This document shows, in pieces, positions 24,936 through 33,192 of a DNA stretch of 39,288 nt. Each line of letters opens with the position of its first letter. Positions within the stretch are counted from its first letter, which is position 1. The position numbers and the translations under genes were made by a program. A model generated the notes under the pieces. That model saw nothing but the letters and a program-made list of their open reading frames with translations. It did no database searches and was not told the origin of the DNA. Origin of the DNA: a virus (lineage: Duplodnaviria; Caudoviricetes); the IMG/VR virus record IMGVR_UViG_3300014208_000078, positions 1 to 39,288 of that record; one strand, given 5' to 3'.

Positions 24936-26012
24936 ATGGCAACACCCGATTCAACACTTTCAACATTAGCTCAGATTCAAACTAAAGTAAGAAGGCTTAC
25001 TCGTAGTTTGTCTGAAGCGCAACTGACCACTGATCAATTAAATGATTATATAAATACGTTTGTATTATATGATTTTCCAGAACATCTAAGATTGTTCAAT
25101 TTACAAACTACGTTTACATTTTTTACTGAACCATACATAGACACCTACGAATCAAATGATACTGCATCAAGTGTTTTTTATAACTTTAAAAACAAATATC
25201 TAAACATTATGCCGCCTATTTATATAGCTGGTAAGCAATCATTGTTTCTTGAATCAAGAGAGCAGTTCTTTGCTATGTACCCAATGTTTAATAGTATTGC
25301 TTCTATTGGGCAGACTGGAAATGCAGTGGCTACTTCTTTTACTGGAGTTATTAATACCCAGCAAGCAATCATACCTTCAGGGCTTACTCAAATAGTTTTA
25401 CTTCTTAGAAACAATGTTTTGTTTAGCTCTGTTGGTGCTAACGGTGCTAACCTTGCAATGATCGATTATCCTATTAGTCCAACTATAGGGAATTTATATA
25501 TTCCTGGTGGTGCTCCTACTTCAACATCGGTACAAGATACTACTAACTATATCAATTACACTACTGGTGCATTTGTAGTTACATTTACAGCTGGTGCTCC
25601 TGCTAACGGAGTAGCTATCAATAGCCAAACAGTTTCTGTACAGCCAACGCTTCCTCAGTCTATGTTGTTTTATGATGGAAAATTTACCATGCGTCCTGTA
25701 CCAGATCAGGCATATCGAATACAAATGGAAGTGGCTAAAAGACCAACGGAATTACTTGCTGGAACACAATCTCCAGAACTTGCTGAGTGGTGGCAGTACA
25801 TAGCTTATGGTACTTCTAAAAAAGTATTTGAAGACAGAATGGATTTAGATAGCGTGCAGTTGATTATGCCTGAGTTTAAAAAGCAAGAGGCTTTAATTAA
25901 TAGAAGAACTATAGTTCAGCAAACAAGCCAAAGAACTACAACTATCTATTCTAATGAATCAGGTGGTGTTGGATCAACGGCTAGTGGCGCTGGATTTGGA
26001 AGAACGTTTTAA
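24936..26012 (+). CDS. Putative head-tail adaptor (tail tubular A-like)
   Basis: 'TLAQIQTKVRRLT...LNDYIN' N-terminal helix and 'RPVPDQAYRI' near the C-terminus; position before the nozzle gene. Confidence 0.55.
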   Translation: MATPDSTLSTLAQIQTKVRRLTRSLSEAQLTTDQLNDYINTFVLYDFPEHLRLFNLQTTFTFFTEPYIDTYESNDTASSVFYNFKNKYLNIMPPIYIAGKQSLFLESREQFFAMYPMFNSIASIGQTGNAVATSFTGVINTQQAIIPSGLTQIVLLLRNNVLFSSVGANGANLAMIDYPISPTIGNLYIPGGAPTSTSVQDTTNYINYTTGAFVVTFTAGAPANGVAINSQTVSVQPTLPQSMLFYDGKFTMRPVPDQAYRIQMEVAKRPTELLAGTQSPELAEWWQYIAYGTSKKVFEDRMDLDSVQLIMPEFKKQEALINRRTIVQQTSQRTTTIYSNESGGVGSTASGAGFGRTF

Positions 26013-26024
26013 CTAAAAGGAATA

Positions 26025-26591
26025 ATGATGGCATATCAAGCTCAAAAACCACAACCAACTGATGTAAAGAGTCAGTCTCAAGCAGATATTTTAGGTAATT
26101 TTCAAGCTCTGTCACCGTTTGGTAATGGATTTGCAGACTTTACCGTTAAAGTAGCAACTCCTGCAATCACTGCTACAGATACTGGACTTTACACTAGAAG
26201 CAATGCAACGACTACTCAAAATGAAATGTATATTCAGAAAAGAACCAATAACGCTGATGTTCAAGTACCCATGACAGCATCTAGTATGAATAACGTTTTA
26301 CCAGCTACTGATTCGGTTGGTTGGACATATCTTCCTAGTGGAATACTTATGAAGTGGGGGAAAAAAGCGATTACTAATTCACTTATAGCTAACACTATTG
26401 ATATTGATACTATAAGCGGTGGCCCTGCATTTACTCGTGTTTTTTCAGTTCAATTAACTGCTTATGACAGCCTTAACTATATTAGTACATCAGCAAACTT
26501 ATCAATAATAGTAAGTGGATCAGATGTTCGTGTTTGGTTAAATACTGGTAGTGCTACAACAGGTGCTTACTACTTTGCTATAGGGGTCTAA
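26025..26591 (+). CDS. Short tail-fibre-like protein
   Basis: 'GWTYLPSGILMKWG...YYFAIGV' is a common phage fibre C-terminal domain. Confidence 0.65.
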   Translation: MMAYQAQKPQPTDVKSQSQADILGNFQALSPFGNGFADFTVKVATPAITATDTGLYTRSNATTTQNEMYIQKRTNNADVQVPMTASSMNNVLPATDSVGWTYLPSGILMKWGKKAITNSLIANTIDIDTISGGPAFTRVFSVQLTAYDSLNYISTSANLSIIVSGSDVRVWLNTGSATTGAYYFAIGV

Positions 26592-26592
26592 T

Positions 26593-29106
26593 ATGGCTCG
26601 TACTGATCGTTTTATGATTGCACCGCTGACTAGTGGGCAGCAGACAGACCTTAAACCATGGTTAATTCCTGATGATGCGTACCAATCTTTAAATAATGCA
26701 TATGTTTTTCGTGGTCGTGTTCGTAAGCGATTTGGATCTCGGTTTATGGAGGGCTCTACTGCTCCAACTGCTGGTTACGCATCACTACAATCAAGGTTAA
26801 GGGTCAGCCTTGGTACTACTACTGGTGCTGGTGGATTTACTGGGTTTGTTCCAAGAACAGGACTCGTTCCTAATGCTACTGCAGCAATTGGTATGGCATT
26901 TTCTGTTGGAGATCAAATCTATACTTTAACAGTGCTTAGTGGTGCCGCTACTGCATTGAAAAATACTGGCGCTGGAACTGGAACGTATGATACAACAAGT
27001 GGTGGTGTATTCTCTGGCCAATTAGTTATAGTAGGCGCTACTGCTCTTACTGCTGTTTATTTTTATCCAGCATTGCCAGTCATGGGTCTTATTACGTATA
27101 AACAGCTTGCAGTATCTAATGAGTTAGTGTTTGGCTTTGATACGCGATTTGCATATGAGTTCAATACAGCTGGATGGACAAGGCTTGGTACCGCTGTATG
27201 GAAAGGTAATGATACTAATTTCTTTTGGGGCTCTTCTTATAGGGGTCCAAGTGGTGCTAACAATTATCTGTTTGTGACTAACTATAATGCTGCTAACGGT
27301 AACACCATAGCTTTAAGCGATACTATAAAGCTATGGGATAGTGCTACTTGGGTTGATTTTAATCCTAGATTTAGCTCAACTGATGCAACAAAGACTATAG
27401 TGACTTCACGTCTTATCATGTCATATAAAGGTCGACTACTACTGTTGAATGTGGTTGAAAACACAGCTGGTGGAGTTGAAAACGTTACTTTTGTAAATAG
27501 AGTTCGTTATTCAGCGCTTGGAGATCCGACAGATGCAACAGCGTTTTATGCTATTGCTGGTAAAGGTGGATTTGAAGATGCTCCTGTAAAAGAAGCTATT
27601 ATTACTGCTCAATTTTTAAAAGATCGTTTAATAGTTTATTTTGAACAGAGCACCTGGGAGCTTGCTTATACAGGTAACGAAGTTCGTCCATTTAGATGGC
27701 AGCAAATTAACACTGAACTTGGTGCTGAGTCAACATTCTCTCAGGTGCCATTTGATAAAGTAGTTCTTGGTATTGGTAATGTTGGTATCATGGCATGTAA
27801 CGGAACAGGTGTTAATCGTATTGATGAAAAAATACCTGATCAAGTATTTAGCTTTCATAATGCTGATAGTGGTGTTGAGCGTATTGCTGGTATCCGAGAT
27901 TTTTATGTGGAGATGGTTTATTGGGCGTTTCCTGATGTAACTCGTAATGCGACATTTCCCTACAACAATAAAGTCTTAACCTATAACTACAAGACTGGTT
28001 CTTGGGGTATCAATGATGACTCAATAACTACCTTTGGTTATTTTCAGGCTGCGGCTAATGAAGGTGAGACATGGGCAACCGATATGGATACATGGGAGAC
28101 TGATAACTCTACATGGTATGACGGAACATCTGTTCAATCTCTCTTTAGGTCTGTTGTAGCTGGTAATCAAGAAGGCTTTGTATTTATTGTAGATCCTGAT
28201 GAAAATAGAAACTGTCCAGCTCTTCAAATAACTGATATGACTGTTGCCTCAGACACAGTAACTATAGTGGCTGTAAACCATAATCTTAAGCGTGGAGATG
28301 ATGGTGAAGGTGATTATATAGCTATTGAGAATGTTCAAGGTCTTACTGGTATTAATGGATTAATTTTTCCAGTTGATGCCATAGATGCAACGCTGCCTGC
28401 TACTACGTTTACTATAAAAATAGTAAGTGGTTCAGTCACTGGATCGTATACTGGTGGTGGAACAATAGCTCGAGTATCTAATATAGACATCTTAACTAAG
28501 CAATATAACTTCTATGTTCAAGATGGTTATAATGCATCTATTAATAAAGTCGATTTCTTAGTTGATAAGACATCTGATGGTGAAATCACTGTTGATTACT
28601 TCTTGTCTTCTACTTCAACTTCAGTGCTTTCTGAAGGACAAGAGACTGGTGCCCTTATAGGAACTGGAGTACTTGAAACAAGGCCTTATCTATCTTATAT
28701 AGAAATTGGAAACACAAACGCCCTTGGAGCTGCTACTGGTGTGACTAGAGGTGTAATTACTACAAAGTTTGTCATAGGTACTCAAGTGTTTACGGTGACT
28801 GCTGCAAGCGGAGCTCTTACAACAACTGGAACTGGTACTGGTACCTTTGATACTATTACAGGTGCTTATACATTTACTGGCTGTGCTATTTCAAGCAAAA
28901 TACTTGTTAGTCAATATCTAATCCCGCTCGAGTTAGAACAGGATCGTTTATGGCATCCAGTGTATACCATGGCAGAAGGTGAATGTATCCAGTTGAATAT
29001 TTATATGACAGAGAGTCAATTAAGGACTCCATCAATTGCCTGGTCTGATTTTGAACTTAATGCTATGACGTTTTATAGCCAAAAAACTTCATCACGCTTA
29101 CAATAG
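26593..29106 (+). CDS. Tail nozzle / stabilisation protein (P22 gp10 or tubular B-like)
   Basis: 837 aa, beta-rich; 'LNNAYVFRGRVRKRFG' and 'NRVRYSALGDP'; podoviral position. Confidence 0.65.
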   Translation: MARTDRFMIAPLTSGQQTDLKPWLIPDDAYQSLNNAYVFRGRVRKRFGSRFMEGSTAPTAGYASLQSRLRVSLGTTTGAGGFTGFVPRTGLVPNATAAIGMAFSVGDQIYTLTVLSGAATALKNTGAGTGTYDTTSGGVFSGQLVIVGATALTAVYFYPALPVMGLITYKQLAVSNELVFGFDTRFAYEFNTAGWTRLGTAVWKGNDTNFFWGSSYRGPSGANNYLFVTNYNAANGNTIALSDTIKLWDSATWVDFNPRFSSTDATKTIVTSRLIMSYKGRLLLLNVVENTAGGVENVTFVNRVRYSALGDPTDATAFYAIAGKGGFEDAPVKEAIITAQFLKDRLIVYFEQSTWELAYTGNEVRPFRWQQINTELGAESTFSQVPFDKVVLGIGNVGIMACNGTGVNRIDEKIPDQVFSFHNADSGVERIAGIRDFYVEMVYWAFPDVTRNATFPYNNKVLTYNYKTGSWGINDDSITTFGYFQAAANEGETWATDMDTWETDNSTWYDGTSVQSLFRSVVAGNQEGFVFIVDPDENRNCPALQITDMTVASDTVTIVAVNHNLKRGDDGEGDYIAIENVQGLTGINGLIFPVDAIDATLPATTFTIKIVSGSVTGSYTGGGTIARVSNIDILTKQYNFYVQDGYNASINKVDFLVDKTSDGEITVDYFLSSTSTSVLSEGQETGALIGTGVLETRPYLSYIEIGNTNALGAATGVTRGVITTKFVIGTQVFTVTAASGALTTTGTGTGTFDTITGAYTFTGCAISSKILVSQYLIPLELEQDRLWHPVYTMAEGECIQLNIYMTESQLRTPSIAWSDFELNAMTFYSQKTSSRLQ

Positions 29107-29114
29107 GAATAATT

Positions 29115-29504
29115 ATGTATTACAAGTTGCTTTTTATTGTTTCAATGTGTAACTTTATTAATTGCTCTGAGACTAAGAAAGAGGATATTGTCCTGGGAGA
29201 GTTGACTCATGAAAATGATGGGCATCATAACCATTGGGGATCAGAAAAGCATTTATATAATGAGCAACATAGAGAGCATTTACCTGAGCACTTGATACAT
29301 CATGCATCAACATCTGTTGTTTCTCAGAGGGTTGATCATGGTGTTGTTGATCTTCCTGGTGTTAAAAGAGTTGTTAGTGATGATAGCATTCCAGGAACAA
29401 CTGTTAATGTTGCTGCAACTATTGCGGTAAAGACTGAGGCAGAGTGTTGTAATTCTCATTGTTGTATTGATGAAGAAACAACATGTCGATGTGCAATTCA
29501 GTAA
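29115..29504 (+). CDS. Exported His/Cys-rich protein ending in a CaaX-like motif
   Basis: Signal-like 'MYYKLLFIVSMCNFINCSE'; C-terminus '...CCNSHCC...CRCAIQ*'. Confidence 0.6.
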   Translation: MYYKLLFIVSMCNFINCSETKKEDIVLGELTHENDGHHNHWGSEKHLYNEQHREHLPEHLIHHASTSVVSQRVDHGVVDLPGVKRVVSDDSIPGTTVNVAATIAVKTEAECCNSHCCIDEETTCRCAIQ

Positions 29505-29527
29505 CATACTAGTATGAAAAATAAACA

Positions 29528-29551
29528 CCCCAGAGGAGTGAAACTCTGGGG
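29528..29551. terminator. Hairpin between convergent genes
   Basis: CCCCAGAG/CTCTGGGG. Confidence 0.55.
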
Positions 29552-29597
29552 CGAAAAAAGGAAGTAGTACTGTATCCAATGATACATCGTAACTATA

Positions 29598-30143
29598 TCA
29601 TAATAAAAGTTTTCTTTTATGCCTTACTTTATATTTCATATTGATTTCTGAAATTGATGATAGTCCAATATTTAATAATTTTGCTATATCACTTTGAAAA
29701 AGGCCTTCTCGTAACAAATTGACAACTTTTTTCTGTAAGTCTTCATCGATAAAATAACCTGGATGATTTTTACCTTTGTTACTTCTTAGTCCTATCTTAA
29801 AAGCATGCTTTACGTTATCACTTCTAGTGCTTAATTCTAAGTTATCCAAATTGTTATTAGTTTTATTACCATCTATATGATTAATTTCTTCTTTAGTACA
29901 ACCTAAAAATGTTTTAGCTATTAATCTGTGAGATAATTGCATTAATCCTTTTCCGTTTTTCCTTAAATTAACATGTAGATAACCATCTCTTCTGAGAGCG
30001 GGAGATAGTTTTTTTAGCGGCAAATTCCACTCATATCTTCTATCAGACCATCCATTTGTTTTCATAATAGTTCTTGCTAGTGCATATATATTTCCATATA
30101 TATCGCATGCATATATACCTTCATAGCCAGGAATTTGTTTCAT
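29598..30143 (-). CDS. NUMOD4-HNH homing endonuclease with C-terminal HTH
   Basis: 'KQIPGYEGIY....GNI' (NUMOD4) and 'HRLIAKTF...INHIDGNKTNNNLDNLE...N.KHA'; GGAGA RBS before ATG at 30143. Confidence 0.9.
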   Translation of the reverse strand: MKQIPGYEGIYACDIYGNIYALARTIMKTNGWSDRRYEWNLPLKKLSPALRRDGYLHVNLRKNGKGLMQLSHRLIAKTFLGCTKEEINHIDGNKTNNNLDNLELSTRSDNVKHAFKIGLRSNKGKNHPGYFIDEDLQKKVVNLLREGLFQSDIAKLLNIGLSSISEINMKYKVRHKRKLLL

Positions 30144-30187
30144 ATATCTCCCTACGGTTATCATAACTGTTTAGAGTATACACAATA

Positions 30188-30751
30188 CTATAATTGTTTC
30201 AAATACTCTAGCACGCAATATGTAGTAGTGTATAAACTATAATCTATAGCAGTAGTCACTATGACATTCGTATTATCAACTTCTAATTTTATATTTTGAT
30301 TTAATGTTGGACTTGAAAAAGGTAGTGGTATAAAGCTGTCTTGTGTTGCAAGTTTTGATGATGCGCCATATATTCTCGTAAATGAAAATGTGGTGGGCGT
30401 TCCTGGTACTATTTCTATATTGTGAGCAACTGACTTTGTTCCTGCATTTGGTAGTGCGCCAAAATCAACCACAGTGCGAAATACTTGTCTATATGTTTGT
30501 GATTGCTCAGTTAAATCAGTTACTGTCTGTACTGGGAAAAATAGCTGTCCATTAAGAAATTCAGTAGTTGAATAATATCCGACATCTTTAATGTTTAAGG
30601 CTAGGCATATATTGTTTATGTTTTGATAAAGCCTGACGAGAAGTTCTTTAAACTCTTCGCTTTTAACGTCTACTTCTTGAAGTCGTTGTACGTCCCATAT
30701 ATTAGTAGTTGGTACAAATGAACCCGTATTAACTTGTTGATCTTCTGGCAT
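30188..30751 (-). CDS. Probable virion/tail-associated protein on the opposite strand
   Basis: 'YRQVFRTVVDFGALPNAGTKSVAHNI...CVLEYLK' resembles tail-fibre C-terminal domains. Confidence 0.55.
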   Translation of the reverse strand: MPEDQQVNTGSFVPTTNIWDVQRLQEVDVKSEEFKELLVRLYQNINNICLALNIKDVGYYSTTEFLNGQLFFPVQTVTDLTEQSQTYRQVFRTVVDFGALPNAGTKSVAHNIEIVPGTPTTFSFTRIYGASSKLATQDSFIPLPFSSPTLNQNIKLEVDNTNVIVTTAIDYSLYTTTYCVLEYLKQL

Positions 30752-30829
30752 ATTAATCTTCCTATTTTTTTAGGTTTTACTATATCATTGGTATGATAAC
30801 ATAGGTAATTATTAATTAAGGAGTTTAAA

Positions 30830-31456
30830 ATGCCAATTCCAGCGTTACTTTCCACTCTTCTACCGTATATCGGAAGTGCTGCGGCAGGATTTGCAGGTTC
30901 AAAGTTAGCAGGTATGGGCGATTCAAGCAGCCCACAACAATCAGGTGGTGGTGGTAGTCTTAGACCACAGCAGGGTAACTTTTTAACTGGTTATCAGTCG
31001 CAAATGCATCAGTTGCCACGGTATAGTCCACAACAACAAAACATAATGAGTCAAATTGGCCAGCAGGGATTTCAAAATCTTCAAGGCAATAAGTTTGATT
31101 TTGGACCTATTGAACAAATGGCTCGTCAGGACTTTACAAGAAAAACAATTCCATCTATTGCAGAAAGGTATTCTAATAGCGGTGGGTCTAGTGCTTATGG
31201 AGATCAAATGGCTCAAGCTGGTGTTGATTTAGAAACTAATTTAGCTGGTATGAGACAAGGCTACAATTTACAGCAACAGGGCTTTAATAAGGATTTGTTG
31301 GGCTTAGGTTTGCAACCAACATTTGATACTAAAATAGAGGCTGCTGCTCCTGGACTTGCACAAACGCTTCCTGGTAATCTTGCTCAGAGTTTACCTTCTT
31401 TATTAATGTTATTATCTCATTTAGGTTATTTCGGTAAAGCAGAAGGGGCTAAATAA
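30830..31456 (+). CDS. Putative DNA ejection (internal virion) protein
   Basis: Gly/Gln-rich, hydrophobic Ala/Gly termini; follows the nozzle gene. Confidence 0.55.
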   Translation: MPIPALLSTLLPYIGSAAAGFAGSKLAGMGDSSSPQQSGGGGSLRPQQGNFLTGYQSQMHQLPRYSPQQQNIMSQIGQQGFQNLQGNKFDFGPIEQMARQDFTRKTIPSIAERYSNSGGSSAYGDQMAQAGVDLETNLAGMRQGYNLQQQGFNKDLLGLGLQPTFDTKIEAAAPGLAQTLPGNLAQSLPSLLMLLSHLGYFGKAEGAK

Positions 31457-32604
31457 TGCCAGAATTAATACCTAGCCAAAGTCTTGGCTCAATGTTTGCT
31501 CAGAATTTAGGAAGTGGCTTAGGGGCCGGAATTCAAGACCTTGTAGAGCATAAATTAAATGAGGTTAAAGGAATTAAGTTCTGGAAATCTTTAAACTTGC
31601 CTGATGATATCGCTAGATCATTTGCTTCAGCTCCAGAAAAAATGCAAAGAGATCTTTTAGAAAGAATTGAAGGTATTAAATTTGGCGCTATAAGCAATCA
31701 AGGACAACAAAGTCAGCAGCAACAAATGCAAGGTCAGCCCCAACAACAGCAATTAGACCAACAAGGTCAACCTATACCTCAATCTTCTCAGCAGCTAGGC
31801 CAACAACCTGCCCAGCAGGAAGGAGGATTTACGCTTGGTCCAACAAAAGAAGAGCGTCGTCATAGAGAGACTATTACTCAGCAAAAAGAATTGGCTCAAC
31901 ATGCAGCTGCTAAGGATATAATTCACGAGAGTAATCAAAAAGCTAAAGCTGCTAAAGAAGATTTAAGAGATATTGATAGATTAGAAGAGCTTCAAAATAG
32001 TGGGAAGCTCGACAGTCCTGGATTTCATGAATTTTTAACAAGATCTGGTCTTGATGTGTCAGCGCTTCGCTCGCCAGAGTCAGAAGAGTTTCAAAAAATA
32101 CAGGCTAACTTTTTAAGAAATGCTAAAAACTATTTCGGCGCTAGAGTTACCGATAAAGACATAGAATATTTTCTTAAAACCATACCTACGCTTTCAAACT
32201 CAAATGAAGGTAGAGCTAGAATCTTTGCTAATCTTAAGCGCATTGCTCGTGGGGCTGATGAATACAATGAGGCTCTTAATGAGGTGATTAAAGAAAACAA
32301 AGGAGTTCCTCCTTTTAATTTTGAGTATGAGGTTGGCAAAAGGGTTGATAAGCGCCTTGATAGAATAGCTGAAGAATTTAGGAAAGATTTAGCTAAACCA
32401 ATTCCTAAGGAACAAAATAAATACATAGCGGCTTTACAGGCAGGTGCTGGTAAGCTTGCTGGTAATCTTGGAAAGGGTGCTCTTGGAGCAGTAGGTGGTG
32501 CTTATCTTGGATCTCGCGTTGGTCCTGCTGGTGTTATTCCAGGGGCTATAGGTGGAGGTATAGCTGGACTTACTGGAGCTTCTGTTAAAGATTTTTATCA
32601 ATAG
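31456..32604 (+). CDS. Putative DNA ejection (internal virion) protein
   Basis: Gln tract, helical core with 'GARVTDKDIEYFLKTIPTL', and a C-terminal glycine zipper. Confidence 0.6.
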   Translation: MPELIPSQSLGSMFAQNLGSGLGAGIQDLVEHKLNEVKGIKFWKSLNLPDDIARSFASAPEKMQRDLLERIEGIKFGAISNQGQQSQQQQMQGQPQQQQLDQQGQPIPQSSQQLGQQPAQQEGGFTLGPTKEERRHRETITQQKELAQHAAAKDIIHESNQKAKAAKEDLRDIDRLEELQNSGKLDSPGFHEFLTRSGLDVSALRSPESEEFQKIQANFLRNAKNYFGARVTDKDIEYFLKTIPTLSNSNEGRARIFANLKRIARGADEYNEALNEVIKENKGVPPFNFEYEVGKRVDKRLDRIAEEFRKDLAKPIPKEQNKYIAALQAGAGKLAGNLGKGALGAVGGAYLGSRVGPAGVIPGAIGGGIAGLTGASVKDFYQ

Positions 32605-32619
32605 CTCTATTGAACAATG

Positions 32620-32651
32620 TAACAGGGAGGAGATAGTTCTTCTCTCTGTTA
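32620..32651. terminator. Hairpin between convergent genes
   Basis: TAACAGGGAGGAGA/TCTTCTCTCTGTTA. Confidence 0.55.
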
Positions 32652-32795
32652 TTCTATCTTTGTTGGATTTGGCCACATAAATAATAAAGCAACTGGACAA
32701 ACAAAAAATAATATGACTGCTAGTATAGAATGTTGTTTGTCTTTGCATGATTCTTTGCAGTCCATTATGCAATTGGCTATTTTATATTTATCCAT
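32649..32795 (-). CDS. Small single-TM membrane protein (48 aa); not in ORF track
   Basis: AGGGGG RBS; MDKYKIANCIMDCKESCKDKQHSILAVILFFVCPVALLFMWPNPTKIE. Confidence 0.5.
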   Translation of the reverse strand: MDKYKIANCIMDCKESCKDKQHSILAVILFFVCPVALLFMWPNPTKIE

Positions 32796-32894
32796 AATTC
32801 CCCCCTACAGGATTATTAATATTGAAGTAGTATCGTTTTAAATATGCAGTATGTAACTACCGTTCCCCACACTAAACAGGCTACAAATAAAGCC

Positions 32895-33065
32895 TTACAG
32901 TTTAGATTGCTCATATCTATTTTCCTTAATAATCTGCTCATTGATGAGACAAGTGATATATCTAGTCATTGTCATATTTCTCTTTTTAGCTCTTTTTTTT
33001 ATCTCATCATGAAGAACTGAAGAAAGCCTCATGATAAAACGCTTTTCTTGATATATATCTTCCAT
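32895..33065 (-). CDS. Arc/Mnt/HicB-like ribbon-helix-helix regulator (56 aa); not in ORF track
   Basis: GAGGTG RBS; MEDIYQEKRFIMRLSSVLHDEIKKRAKKRNMTMTRYITCLINEQI. Confidence 0.75.
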   Translation of the reverse strand: MEDIYQEKRFIMRLSSVLHDEIKKRAKKRNMTMTRYITCLINEQIIKENRYEQSKL

Positions 33066-33087
33066 ATTTAATCACCTCTTGTAAATA

Positions 33088-33117
33088 AGTATGTACAATT
33101 GTGCATACAAAGTCAAC
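33088..33117 (-). promoter_or_regulatory. Sigma70-like promoter for the leftward RHH operon
   Basis: TTGACT-17 nt-CATACT on the minus strand. Confidence 0.6.
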
Positions 33118-33192
33118 TAGTTCTTGCATTAATTTGTCTCACGACTTTAAATAAGCATGTAAAATTTTTAATAACTCTTTGTGGAGATTTAT

